From Salpingoeca rosetta (Eukaryota; Protista; Choanoflagellata), in contig JAWQFM010000012.1 in assembly GCA_033442325.1 (NCBI GenBank), forward strand, positions 1,597,793 through 1,661,792: 64,000 bases of DNA, read 5' to 3'. This document shows, one piece after another, positions 26,847 through 40,027 of this stretch (positions within the stretch are counted from its first letter, which is position 1; every line of letters starts with the position of its first letter). The translations under genes were made by a program, and so were the position numbers. The notes below the pieces were generated by a model, which made no database searches, was not told where the DNA came from, and was given only the letters and a program-made list of their open reading frames with translations.

Positions 26847-28229
26847 TTGCTGATGACACGATCGTAACAATGAACAAGCAGCCAGTGCCAAACACAGAGA
26901 ACAAGAACGAAAGAAGGACATGGAAAGACGTACACGGTCAAGAAATGAAGCTAGCTGCTAGTGGTAGAGAACAAAGGGAGAGAGCACAGCAACAAAGACA
27001 GCACAAAGGAAGCTGTGCGAGCGAAGACACGTATGTTATGTGCATTGATACCGTGCACATGCGCGCGAGAGCACATCGCAGTGACAATGGTGCTGTACTT
27101 CAAGATGGGGTATGGCGGTCGCTCTTGCGGATACGGTGGTGCGGTAACTGCAGTGATAGGGATACATAAACGACGACAAGCGGAGTTAGGGGCAGACGCG
27201 TGTGAGCAAGCAAGCACACACACCCACACATACAACAGCAAGACGGTCTAGGTCATGATGAGTGCACGAGCGTCAAGTGACAGAAACTACCGCGGCGCCA
27301 GCATGACCATACCGAAACGAGGTGGTCGAGGTGCTGTGGGCGGTCTGGGTCGTGGCGCAGCTGATACAAGATCTGCATGATGGCATGTGCGTATGTTTGG
27401 TGTTGGGGGTGGAGGTTGGTGGCAACAAAGAGCAAGTACAAACAAGGCTCACACACAGACGCAGAGAGAGAGAGAGAGACAAACTCTCACACACACACAC
27501 GCACGCACACGCACACGCATATCACATACATACGTGTATGATGGCGGATAATGTTGCTGATGACACGATCGTAACAATGAACAAGCAGCCAGTGCCAAAC
27601 ACAGAGAACAAGAACGAAAGAAGGACATGGAAAGACGTACACGGTCAAGAAATGAAGCTAGCTGCTAGTGGTAGAGAACAAAGGGAGAGAGCACAGCAAC
27701 AAAGACAGCACAAAGGAAGCTGTGCGAGCGAAGACACGTATGTTATGTGCATTGATACCGTGCACATGCGCGCGAGAGCACATCGCAGTGACAATGGTGC
27801 TGTACTTCAAGATGGGGTATGGCGGTCGCTCTTGCGGATACGGTGGTGCGGTAACTGCAGTGATAGGGATACATAAACGACGACAAGCGGAGTTAGGGGC
27901 AGACGCGTGTGAGCAAGCAAGCACACACACCCACACATACAACAGCAAGACGGTCTAGGTCATGATGAGTGCACGAGCGTCAAGTGACAGAAACTACCGC
28001 GGCGCCAGCATGACCATACCGAAACGAGGTGGTCGAGGTGCTGTGGGCGGTCTGGGTCGTGGCGCAGCTGATACAAGATCTGCATGATGGCATGTGCGTA
28101 TGTTTGGTGTTGGGGGTGGAGGTTGGTGGCAACAAAGAGCAAGTACAAACAAGGCTCACACACAGACGCAGAGAGAGAGAGAGAGACAAACTCTCACACA
28201 CACACACGCACGCACACGCACACGCATAT
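26847..28229. repeat. Direct tandem duplication of ~676 bp (26847-27522 and 27554-28229), carrying the 3' end of the TBC gene
   Basis: Matching sequence at a 707-bp offset; identical ORF translations at 26951/27658, 26961/27668 and 27253/27960. Confidence 0.95.
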
Positions 28230-28781
28230 TCACATACATACATACGTACATACGTACATACGTACATACATACATACATACATACATACATACATACATA
28301 CATACATACATACATACATACATACATACATACATACATACATACATACATACATACATACATACATACATACATACACAAGCCAACGCAAACCAAGCGC
28401 AAGCCATGTTAGTCTTATCATCAGCAACAGGGACGTACTTGTCTGGCAGTGGCGATGACTTTGGTGACATCGAGTGTGCCGGCGAGACGCGTGTAGAACT
28501 CGAGCACTTGATCAGGCGGGCGATCAGCAGCCATCAGCGCAGGCGCCGTCACCTTCAGCACAGCAGCAGCGACAAACACAGGAAAGTCGCGTGTGCGGTA
28601 CTGGCTCCACATTAAGTCCCACAGCATCATCGTCTGGCAGAGGGGTGAGGTTGGGCGGGGACGGCATGGATGTGGGGTGGTGAGACGCAATTAAGGATGG
28701 CGAGGGTATGCATGTTGACGAACTGTTAAAACTGCACCAAAACAACACAACACAACAACACAACAACACAACAACACAACA

Positions 28782-28812
<31 letters not shown>

Positions 28813-30505
28813 CACACAACACAACAGCAACGACAAACAAGCCCACCTCCTGCATGGAGAATTCGCGCTTGAAGGAGAGGAGGAGCCAGCGGTAGCAGAA
28901 GAGCATGGTCACGACATCACGGTGACACAGATAGTCGTGCAGTTCCGGTATGGCATAGCGGACCAGCGCTTGCAGGTCAGCCAGCACCTGGCTCATGCGC
29001 AGGCCCTGTGGGGGCACATCAATACAAGGGGAACGGTCAGTAGAGCAGGGCTGGTGGAGGAAAATTGAGGTGAAGCAAGGAAAGACAGAGAGAGAGACAG
29101 AACCACACGGAAAGCTGTAGTTTGGGTTGCTGGCGCACACTTGCACTGTCCCACAGGCTGTGCCTCATCACACATGTGAATGTGTTATCGCCACGCAACG
29201 TTCACTACATGCCTGCAAGCAAACATCGAATGAACCAACCAGCTCATCAAAGACATTCGCATCTCTGTGCATGAGTGCGTCAAAGCACCAGAAGGCAAGT
29301 GCCTCATCCTGCACAACAGCCAGGATGGGTGCGAGCAAATCACTCATGCCCTGGCCGCAGCAAACGAGGAAAGGGGGTGGGGTGGGGTGCAAAGAGTGTG
29401 CGGTGGGACAGAGAGGATTGGCGTTGGGCGTGAGCTGACGCGGGTGGACTCGAAAGGACAGCTACGACAGGGAAATGATGTTTCGCTCACACTCACACAC
29501 ACACATACATACACATACATGCACGCACATGCACTCACACACACACATGCACACATGCACACATGCACACACTTATGCACACACCTGGCTGTATGATCGG
29601 TTTGGAGCATCAAGTGTCCAGGTGGCAAGAATGTCCACCATCGCCTCCAACCACACGTTGTTGGCGCCCTCAAACATGGCAAACCCGCGGTCCGTGCGTG
29701 CTGCGTCTTTCACAATGTCGCGCACAACATGACGCACGTGCGATGCGTCACAGTCGGCCACAGAGGTCCACGCCAGTTTGCGCGCAGCATACTGGTCTCG
29801 TTTCCTCTGTTTCAGTGACATGAGCAGACAGGCGAACAGATGACGAACGTGGGTTTGAGCGTACTTACGCATGCGCATGAGAGAGTGTGTATGTGTATGT
29901 GTGTGTATGTGTGTATGTGTGTGTGTGTCGATGGAAAGTGCGCGTGCCAGCAGCACGCGTGAACACACAACACAGGGGTTTCCCGCGAACTAACCCTGTA
30001 GATGCGACGGCGCTGCTCAGCCGTGGACCAGGGCGTAAACACGTCAAGCAGGAATGGCCACACCTGTGGAATGTCCGGGGGGGGGTTGGGGTTGAGCGAG
30101 CAACAAGGCAAGGAAAGAGACCGCACAACCAACAACACATCCAGTTGAGCATATGCCCCGCATAAGCGTGTGCATGTGTTCAGACGCAAACACGCACGGC
30201 ACTGCTTGGAAACTAAACAGACACAGACACATGTGCAGTGGCAGAGATTCTGCACAAGAACACACACACACACACACATACACACACGGAGACACACGTG
30301 CAAACATCCACAACGTACCCACGCACCTGCTGCCTCACTGTCCAAGAGAGGGGCTTGAAGAAGAGGAGTTTCCGAAATGCATCAAACTCCGAGAAGCGGC
30401 CGTCCTCGGTCAGATACGAGCGCAGCACATCCGACGTCACCCGCCCCTCTGCACCCACAGCCAGCATCGTGGTGAACACGTGGTGCTTTGTTTCGGTGCG
30501 TGGTG

Positions 30506-30545
<40 letters not shown>

Positions 30546-31692
30546 TGTGTGTCTGTGTGTCTGTCTGTCTGTCTGTCTGTCTGTGTATGTCTGCGTGTCT
30601 GTGTGTGTCTGTGTGTATCCGTGTGTGTGTGTGTGTGTGTGTCTGCGTGTGTGTGTGTCTGTGTGTCTGTGTCTGGTTGTGTCTGTCTGTGTATGTGTGT
30701 GTATGTGTGTCTGTCTGTCTGTCTGTCTGTCTGCCTGTCTGTGTGTGTGTGTGTCTGTCTGTCTGTCTGACTTTCGCTGTGGGTGTGTGCGTGTGCAAAG
30801 TCCCCTCATCTGTCGCATGGAATGTCTTCTCACCTTGGGCGTCGTCATCGGCCTCAAACTGCCGCGACCAAGCGCACGCATACTGAAACCCTGAAAACAA
30901 CGCATTCACACGCATACAAACACAGACAAAGGCACAATCGGATCAGCAACGCTACAGCCTTGCTTCATACACATTCCCATCCTTCCATGCCCTCCCCAGC
31001 CCTCCAGACGTCTGATGATGGCAGTGCAGTGCAACGGACCGATGTCTGCGCTTCTCCGCGCGTGGCGCTCGGCGAAGATGGCGCGTTGCAGCTCCTTCGT
31101 GTTGACGTTCATATCCCAGTCCGGCAGCACCTGCCGCACGTGGCACGCCCTGCACTTGGTCAGCGTGTGCGCCAGCGTTTGCAGCTGAAACAGCGGGAGC
31201 TCAAGCACAAGCGCCTCTGTCCGCGTTTGCGCATCGCGAAGCACCGATGCAAACGTGTGGCGCTGCGGCGATGTGCAGCCGGCATCAAACTCCACCCCGT
31301 CATCAGCACGCAGCACCCCACCACCACCATCATCATCATCGCCACTGTAACCGCTGCCATCATTACCATCTCCACCACCATCACGGCTGCTGCTGCTGCT
31401 GCTGCTGTTGTTGTTGTTGTTGTTGTTGTTGCTGCTGCTGCTGCTGGTGGTGGTGGTGGTGGTGGTGGTGGTGGTGGTGGCTGCGGCGGCAGTGCGTGCG
31501 CGGCTGAGCATGGCTGCCCTGCCACTCACGCTGGCGGCGCGTGACGATGCAAGCCCGCTCGGGTGCCCCAGCAGCGCAACAATGCCCGTGTCCTCGCCAC
31601 TGTCGGAGACAACAAAGTACACGTCAAACGGGTGCGTTGGTCGCAGCTCCAGCGCCACCTGCCGCCACGATCGAGATGACAGCACAGCACGC

Positions 31693-31778
<86 letters not shown>

Positions 31779-34700
31779 CATTAGTGGAGAGCGGTTTGTC
31801 AGCGCACGGTGGATGTCACCATATGCGTGTTTGCATACGTGTGTGTACATGTGCGCAACAAACACACGACGATTGGCAAATGTGTGCGTGTACGTGCGTA
31901 CTGCGTCTGTGGGTGTGGGTTCGTTTGCCAGCGGATGTGTCCACTACAAAACCGCAAGGAAACCAATGGTGCCACGTTGTAGCGTGGTTGATGAGCACAG
32001 GTGAGGCAAATGAGGACAGGTGTGAACAGTTGACGACATGTACACAGGCGCACGACACAGGCACACGACACAGACGCAGATACATAAACGCATGCACGTC
32101 GAAAACTATGGCAGAGGCACAACAGCACAGATGTGGCACACGACCGGGCAGCAGTGCACGCACCGTTGTGATGCGCGTCTGCTTGTTGATGTAGTAGTTG
32201 TGGCCCGTCACGGGGTCATATGCGCTATCCCACCCAGGCGGCAGTCCTGATAGTGTGGTCGACAACATGTGTGCACGCAACAATATGAGTTAAGCGTATG
32301 CAGCACATGCCGCAGGCTGATGCAGGCGCGCATGCAAGCACACACACGCACGCAAAGAAGCACAAGTGGAAACAATTGCAAACACACACTCACACACACA
32401 AACACACAAACACACAAACACACACACAAACACACAAACACACACACACACAAATATAACCAGGCATGAAAGTGCATAAGCGCACGTGATGGGTGTGTGA
32501 GGGGCAGGAGCTCCACGTTTGGGGTCCACACAACTTCGAGCGTTTCAAATGCGCTCTCCTCCGCCTCGTCCACATGTGCTGGCACCGCTGTTGGTGACGT
32601 CATCGGTATTTGCACACACAGATACCCCTCCTCCACCTCCTCATGCTGCTGCTGTCGCCCTTGCTGCTGCTGCTTGCGGCTTTGTCTTCCTTGTTGATCT
32701 TCCTTCACGCCGTCATTCGCAGCGCTGGTCAGTCTGGTCCCATCCGTCGCCTTTGCATCCACCACACATGTCGACACGCCCGCAGCCGTCGCACTGCTGG
32801 TGGTGCTGCTGCTGCTGGTACTGCTGACTGTGGAGTGTGCACTTTTGTGTTGGCTTCGTTTGGGTGCCGATGATGATGATGATGATGTCGTTGTTGTGGC
32901 GGTGTGTTTGGTGGTGGTGGTGGCGGTGGTGTGTTTAATGGCGGTGGTGTGTTTGGTTGTGTCAGTGCCTGCGTGTCCACGGGTGTTGTTGTGTGTGCCG
33001 CCATAATCGTTGGTGGTGGTGGAGACGTCCTCCCGCTTCCGTCGAAGATGCTGCAGTGCAACCGCTGCCGTGACAACAGAGATGATGACAGTGGTGACGG
33101 TGATGATAGTGAGTTTTGATGGTGGTGGTCGTGGTCGTCGTGAAGCAGTCTTTGTTGCGGAAAACGCTTGCAGTCAGAGGGCAAACAGTTTTGTGGGCTG
33201 TGGTGACAAGTGCCACGTGGCGGCACGCGGAGAGCTGTCGCATATTGCGCACCTGCGTGGCTGTCTCTTCGTGAGAGATTGGCCGTGGCCACAAAGCGGA
33301 GACGCGCGTGGTTTCGCGCAAACACAATCGGCGCCTCTGCACCATCAGCAACACACGCATACACACGCACACACGGCAGTGAGCTGATGGTGTGCCACTC
33401 GCTGCAACGAACTGAAAAACAGATGCTTAAGCTCCACCGACACATGCACCCAGCACACACACACACACACATGCACACACAAGCACACACATTGACACAC
33501 ACATGCACACGCACGCACGCACGCACGCACGCACGCACAGACACACACACACACACACACACATGCACACGCACACACACACATGCATGCACACGCGCAC
33601 GCATGCATGCTCACGTGGGTTGAATTTGCGCGCGACAATGGCGACGGGGCTCGGTGCGTCCACGCGCTCTTCAAGCGCCCGCAGAATCGAACACAGACAC
33701 GCGCGGTCCTGCTCGCACAGCAGCAGCGCACACGGGTGGTAGTAGCAGCGGGCCACGTCTGCTTGCCGGTAGGCTGTTGGTGGCGCGGGAAACACCGTGC
33801 AGAGTGGCGGTAAGAGGGAGGCGGAGGGGGAAGCAAGTGAGTATGAATATGGTGTGTGTATGCAGTGTGTCTGTGTGTGTGTGTGCGTGAGTGTGTGTGT
33901 GTGTGAGTGTGTGCGTGAGTGTGTGCATGAGTGTGTGCATGAGTGTGTGCGTGAGTGTGTCTGTGTGTCTGTGTGTACTTGTGTGTATGTGTCTGTCTGT
34001 GTGTACTTGTGTGTATGTATCTGTCTGTGTGTCTGTACGGGGGTGTTTGTGAATCAACTCGTACATACGCGTTCACATACCTGCTTCAAGCGTTGTGCTC
34101 AGTCGCTTCTCGTCAAGTTGCACAGAGAGCCATTGCTGTTGAAATGGAATGGAAACAGCACAGACCAGGGACGAGGATGAGTGCAATGCCACAACACTTC
34201 ATGCGAGCAGTGCAGATAATGCCACCAACGAAGCAGAAACACAAACATACACACACATACATACACACCTGCAAGGCGACGGCTGCGTGGAGCGGACGCT
34301 CCAAGATGGCTCGATCTTCAACGTCACACTGTGCGATGGCAATCATGATGGGAGCAGGAACAGGAAGTGATCAGCAAACACACGGCGTTTGAGTGGGACT
34401 GAAGAAGAACACAACAGAACAGAGCACACACACAAGCACACACACGCACGCACACATGCACGCACACGCACATACACACACGCTCTCACACACACGCACA
34501 TACACACATACGCACGCACACACACACCACGCACACACACGCACATACACACACACGCCCTCACACACACGCACATACACACACACGCCCTCACAGATAC
34601 GCACGCACACATACACACGCACACATACACACGCACATACACACACCTCCAACAGGAATCGGCGTGTGAGCTCGTATGCTGTCGTTGAAGAGCTGTGTGT

Positions 34701-35082
34701 GGATGGTGCGGTGATGCTGGTGCAGGTTGAATCTGCTTCCTCCCCAGTATCGCTCACGGTCGCTGTTGGTGAGGATACCAGCGGCGGCGTGCATGAAGGT
34801 GGCGATTCTGTTCCATCACCAGGGTCCGCATCGAGGCCGCTGTCAAGGACGGACCACAGCGGCTGCGGCTGCCCTCTTCTTCGCGTTGAATCGGATGACG
34901 CCAGCATCGGGCTGCGAAAGAGATTGGAAAGAGTTGTGTGTTGTGAGCTGGACGAAGGACGGAGGACGCATGCGCCACAGGAACACTGGCGCACATGTGC
35001 CTTCGATGGCAAAGAAGGAAAGGCGGGTCTTCACATCACAAGGCAGATTGCAATGGCAGGAAAGGCCAGCGTTCACGACGCA

Positions 35083-35125
<43 letters not shown>

Positions 35126-35137
35126 GCACACGCACGC

Positions 35138-35175
<38 letters not shown>

Positions 35176-35296
35176 GCCGCTCTGATGGTGCTGCTANNNN
35201 NNNNNNNNNNNNNNNNNNNNNNNNNNNNNNNNNNNNNNNNNNNNNNNNNNNNNNNNNNNNNNNNNNNNNNNNNNNNNNNNNNNNNNNNNNNNNNNN

Positions 35297-35332
<36 letters not shown>

Positions 35333-35333
35333 G

Positions 35334-35389
<56 letters not shown>

Positions 35390-35809
35390 CACACACACAC
35401 ACACGCACGCACCGGCACACACACAGATACACATGCACACACGCACACACCGTGTTCTGGCGCCGTGGGTGCACGCTTGTAGGCAGAGCAAGACGAGGGT
35501 TGTTGACGGCGACGACAGGGATGATGTCGATGCCGTTGACGAAGTGGATGTTGCTGGGGGCAAAGAGCTGCTGGACTGTGTGTTGAAGGATGAGCAAGAA
35601 GGTGCAGTGGCATCATCGCCAGCAGTGTCGAGCGTCTTGGCACCACCATCGCTCACGGGTGGCGACGTTGGTCCTATGGCTGTTCCACTGCTTGTGCTTC
35701 GCTGCCGCTGCGCCTGCTCTGGCCCCAGCACGGCCCCTATCAGCTCGCACAGGATGTCATGCTTCTCCAGCACAGGGTGCTCCAACAACGACGACCCCGA
35801 CACACTCAT
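27807..35809 (-). CDS. RUN + PH-like (with WW insert) + TBC Rab GTPase-activating protein, SGSM/RUTBC-like architecture
   Basis: TBC: VWPFLL, R-finger [11 protein letters not shown]-finger YSQ|[30 protein letters not shown]-like pieces: [38 protein letters not shown]: [27 protein letters not shown]|WTHP. Stop at 27807 if the last intron is spliced, otherwise 27960. Confidence 0.85.
28231..28377. repeat. (TACA)n microsatellite, intronic
   Basis: Directly visible. Confidence 0.95.
35197..35296. other. Assembly gap (100 N)
   Basis: Run of N. Confidence 1.
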
Positions 35810-35925
35810 CCTCACACCACAACAACAACAACCAGCAAAACAAACAAGAGAAAGTGCTGTGGTTTGTGTTTGTTTCTTGCTGTTGGTTGTTGTGTGTTGA
35901 CCGTTGCGGAGAAGCCACGTTCACG

Positions 35926-36083
35926 ATGGATGATGAGTTGCTGGCTGTTGGCAGCTGCTTGGAAGGGATGCAGGAGGTGGTGCAGCGCGTGACAGCGGCA
36001 CACGGCGCGATCCTTGACCTCAACGAGGAGATTGTCGTGACCACATCCACCCTCAGAAAGGTTGGCGCGGTGGTGGTGGTGGT

Positions 36084-36157
<74 letters not shown>

Positions 36158-36541
36158 TGTGTGTGTCTGTGTGTCTGTGTGTCTGTGTGTGTGTGTGTGT
36201 GTCTGTTTGTCTGTTTGTCTGTTTGTCTGTCTAAATGTGTGTGTGTGTGTTTGTCTGTTTGTCTGTCTAAGTGTGTGTGTGTGTGTGTGTGTGTGTGTCT
36301 GTCTGTCTGTCTGTCTCTCTGTCTCTCTGCCTCTCTGCCTGTGTCGACATCTCGTCGTTTGTCGTCCCTCACATCACTGTGTTCTTTCACTGTCTTGGCA
36401 TGAATGCTCCTATTGACACTGTACCCACGCATGCCCACGCGCATGCATACCCCCCCCCCACACACACACGTGCCCATCCATGCGCAGTTTGCACAAGGCT
36501 TGGATCTGGGCGCGGTGCCACCGTCGTCAAAGTCGTCGTGA
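35926..36541 (+). CDS. Small two-exon helical protein (62 aa), possibly DASH/Dam1 complex Dad1/Dad4-like
   Basis: Exon 1 is 35926-36060 (good Kozak context cacgATGg), GT..AG intron 36061-36487, exon 2 is 36488-36541. Product: MDDELLAVGSCLEGMQEVVQRVTAAHGAILDLNEEIVVTTSTLRKFAQGLDLGAVPPSSKSS. Head-to-head with the TBC gene. Confidence 0.6.
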
Positions 36542-36606
36542 TGTTGCGGCCTCCTGCTGCTTGTTACCATTCCCTTGCTGTTGAATCGGCCGAACACACA
36601 CACACA

Positions 36607-36665
<59 letters not shown>

Positions 36666-37035
36666 CGGGTGTTATGCACAGCCCTTTTGCGCCATGTTGG
36701 TTGCTACTACTCGCCTCTGTTCTTGCTGATCGTCGTTAACTTACTCTGTCAAACTACCAAGGCAGATGCTGCTGCTGTGACGCATTGATGTTGCTCTCAT
36801 GCCATTGCAGTAGCTGTTCCTTTCTTTACACGCTCAACCGCAATGAATGAACGAACGAACGCACGAGTGAAGCGAAGCGACGAGAAGTCCCCTTGTGGTA
36901 ACAGTAATAGCAGCAACTTGAAGGAGGAGGCTGCAGCCCACTCATGGTTGCATACGATACCCACAGCACACATGCAACACAACGCATGCACACGCACACA
37001 CACACAACGCATGTACACACTGGCGTGAGATTACA

Positions 37036-38486
37036 TCACTGCGACTGGCGGAGGCGGCGCTGGTAGCACTCCTCGTGGATGAAGCTCGAGTCAGGGAGGG
37101 TGCGCCACGCGCCAGAGAGATGCTTGGCCGGGTTGGCAAAGATGACGTCAAAGCACGAGCAGCAGCGCGGCCCAGCGCGGTACTGGTAACACTCCACATG
37201 ATACTTCTTGCCCTTGTATTCGCCCCATACCCCGCTCAGGTTCATCTCCGGGTGCGGGTACAGCGTGCGCCCACAGTACGCGCAGTGCGGTGCAGCACTC
37301 TTCTCGTAGCACTCCACATGGTACGTCGACACGCCCTGCTTCACCGCCAGCCCGCTGAACCCACGCGGGAGGTCCGGCCGGATCACGTCAAAGCACGATG
37401 CACAGCGCACCTGCGCGCCCTCTGCTGGGCGAAACGTCGGCGGCGGTGCGTTGGCGGTCTGCGGAGCAAACAGCTCGCGTGCCTCGCGCATCTTGCTCAC
37501 ACCGGGCTGCTTCACCTTCTCGTCAAGCGCTGCAAAGTACGATGGCGGCTTGGACGCGGCAATGGTGCCTGGCGATGGCGGACGAGCGTGCATGGACACC
37601 CCGCCAGGCGCCGCATATGGGGGCAGCGTCGATGACGACGCAGGCGGAGACGCCCACGTGCTCGCCGTCAACGGCTGTTGCTGCTGCTGCTGCTGCTGTG
37701 ATGCGCTGTCGTGCTGCTTCTCTGCAATGGCGGTGGCGGCCGAGTACGCGGGCGGGTGCTGGGCAAACGTGTCGTGGAAGTGCTGCTGCTCCTGCTGTGA
37801 TGACTGCGGCGGCGGCGGGGGATACAGCGCAGATGATGATGGCGCCGATGACGACGCCGGCTGCTGATGGCCGGTGGCCGGTGGGGGTGGGGCGGTCGGG
37901 TAAGGAGACACCTGGCCTTGGGAATAGCCTGGCGGAGGCGCGTGTTGGTCCTGGTAGTGCAGGCCCAGCGGGTTGGTGAGCTGCTCTTGCAGTGCCACGG
38001 CACGCTCCATATCCTTTGCCTCCCTCAGCCGCCGTGCGAGCGCCTCTCGCTCCATTAGCTCTGCGGCCTCCTGCTCCTCCAGCTCGTGATCAAAGCGTGC
38101 GGCGAGGCGAGACACGTCGTCCAGATCCTGCACCTGCCGCAGCTGTCGCTCATGGTGGTGTGTGGTCTGCTGGACGAGGTTGCTCGAGGAGCCCGTGACT
38201 CTGTCCCTGGTGGCGCTGGATGTAGACGTGCCAAAGGAGAAGGAACTGCCCCAGAGGCGCTCGTGCTCTGCGTTGATTTGTGTTCGCCGTGCTTCCTCGG
38301 CGAGTTCGCGCTCGCGATGGCTGCGCAGCTGCTGCTCAAACTCGGCCTGCTCCCGTTGCTCCATGTGCCGCTGCCTGGTTGCAAGGAAGCGTGTGTGAGG
38401 GGCGAGGAGTGTACATGTTTGGGAGATGGTGAAGAAGGGAGAGCTCGTGGTGTGTGAATGCATGCGTGTGCATGAGAGGAGTTGCA

Positions 38487-38525
<39 letters not shown>

Positions 38526-38999
38526 TATGTGTGTGTGTATGTGTGTATGTGTGTATGTGTGTATGTGTGTATGTGTGTGTGTGTATGTGTGTGGGTATGT
38601 GTTGGGGGGATCTGCGATCAAGGCTCAGCATCCCATCACACGAAGCACAGAGAGAAGAGAGAAAGAGCGAGGCGTACACACGCACACACGCACACACGCA
38701 CACACGCACACACGCACAAACAAACATACGCACACACGCACGCACGCACACACGCACACACACACGCACACACGCACACACGCACACACGCACACACGCA
38801 CACACGCACACACGCACAAACAAACATACGCACACACGCACACACGCACAAACAAACACACGCACACTGCTGACCTTTCTTCTTGTTCCATGCGTTCACG
38901 CCTGAGTCGTTCATCACGCTCTGCTGCCGTCTCCCGAAGCAGGGAGCCTACAAACGACTTTCCAGACTTCCAATCGCTGTTCCAGTCATACCCGCTCAT
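37036..38999 (-). CDS. Coiled-coil / PY-motif protein with three C-terminal LIM-like single zinc fingers, 2 exons
   Basis: Exon 1 38999-38875 ([10 protein letters not shown]...), exon 2 38374-37036. Three CxxC-x~22-HxECY units; PPGY, PPAY, LPPY and PPSY motifs. Confidence 0.85.
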
Positions 39000-39175
39000 G
39001 CTTGCGACCTCGTTGGTGGGTGGATGTTGTTGTGGTTTGTTGTTTGTGGTTGGTGTCGTCAGCGATCTCGGAGATTTTTCGTTGATGATTTCAATCAAAC
39101 TTCCACATTCAACCGCCAGCGGAAGACAGCGGAGAAGCAAGAAGTCGAAAAGCAAACAGACGACAGACAGCAGAT

Positions 39176-39645
39176 ATGGATGGGCTTGTCGACAGGAGCA
39201 ACCCAGACTGGGTGTCTGCGGAGCACAAGACTGGCGTACGTTGCTGTTTGCGGGGTTGCTGTTCAGCCATGTGTATGTGTGTTTGTGTGTGTGTGGGGGG
39301 CCGGTTGATAAGGCGTGTGGAATGTGGAGAGAGCCAAAGGTTTGGATTGGGGGCGATTGTGGGTTTGGGAGTTTGCCATTGGTTTTGCTGACACGGATTG
39401 TACGTGATTGTGCATGTGCATGCACGTACGTTGTGTGTGCGCATGCGCGTGTGTATGCGTGTAAATGTGGTTTTGGATGTGTGTGTGTGTGCGTGTGCGT
39501 GTGCGTGTGCGTGTGTGTTCTTTATGTGCTGTGCATCCCTATGTAGACAACCATCATGGCTGTGGAGTTTGCAGACGGCGTGGTCATTGGCGCCGATTCC
39601 AGAACCACCACTGGGTAGGAGGAATGCTGTTTTGTGTGTGTGTGT

Positions 39646-39682
<37 letters not shown>

Positions 39683-39976
39683 TGGGAGCGGTGATTGTGG
39701 TTGGCGGAGCACGACATCTGTCCTTTTTGCTCACATTCGACGACCACCACCCCCCTCCCCTTTCTTCCCGGATACTGCAGCGCATATGTGGCCAACCGCG
39801 TCACGGACAAGCTGACGAAGCTGACCGACTACATCTACTGCTGCCGTTCCGGTTCAGCAGCCGACACACAGGCCATCGCCGACATTGTGCGGTACTACCT
39901 TGAATTGCACAGGTAATCAACTATGTGTGTGGGTGTGCATTGACGCCGTGTTATCATTGTGAATGCGAGGCCTGTG

Positions 39977-40027
<51 letters not shown>

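Noticed and set aside
26747-27169. ORFs in the duplicated block as an independent gene or mobile element
   Set aside because: No recognisable domain, terminal repeats or target-site duplication; the region is best explained as 3' ends of the convergent genes.
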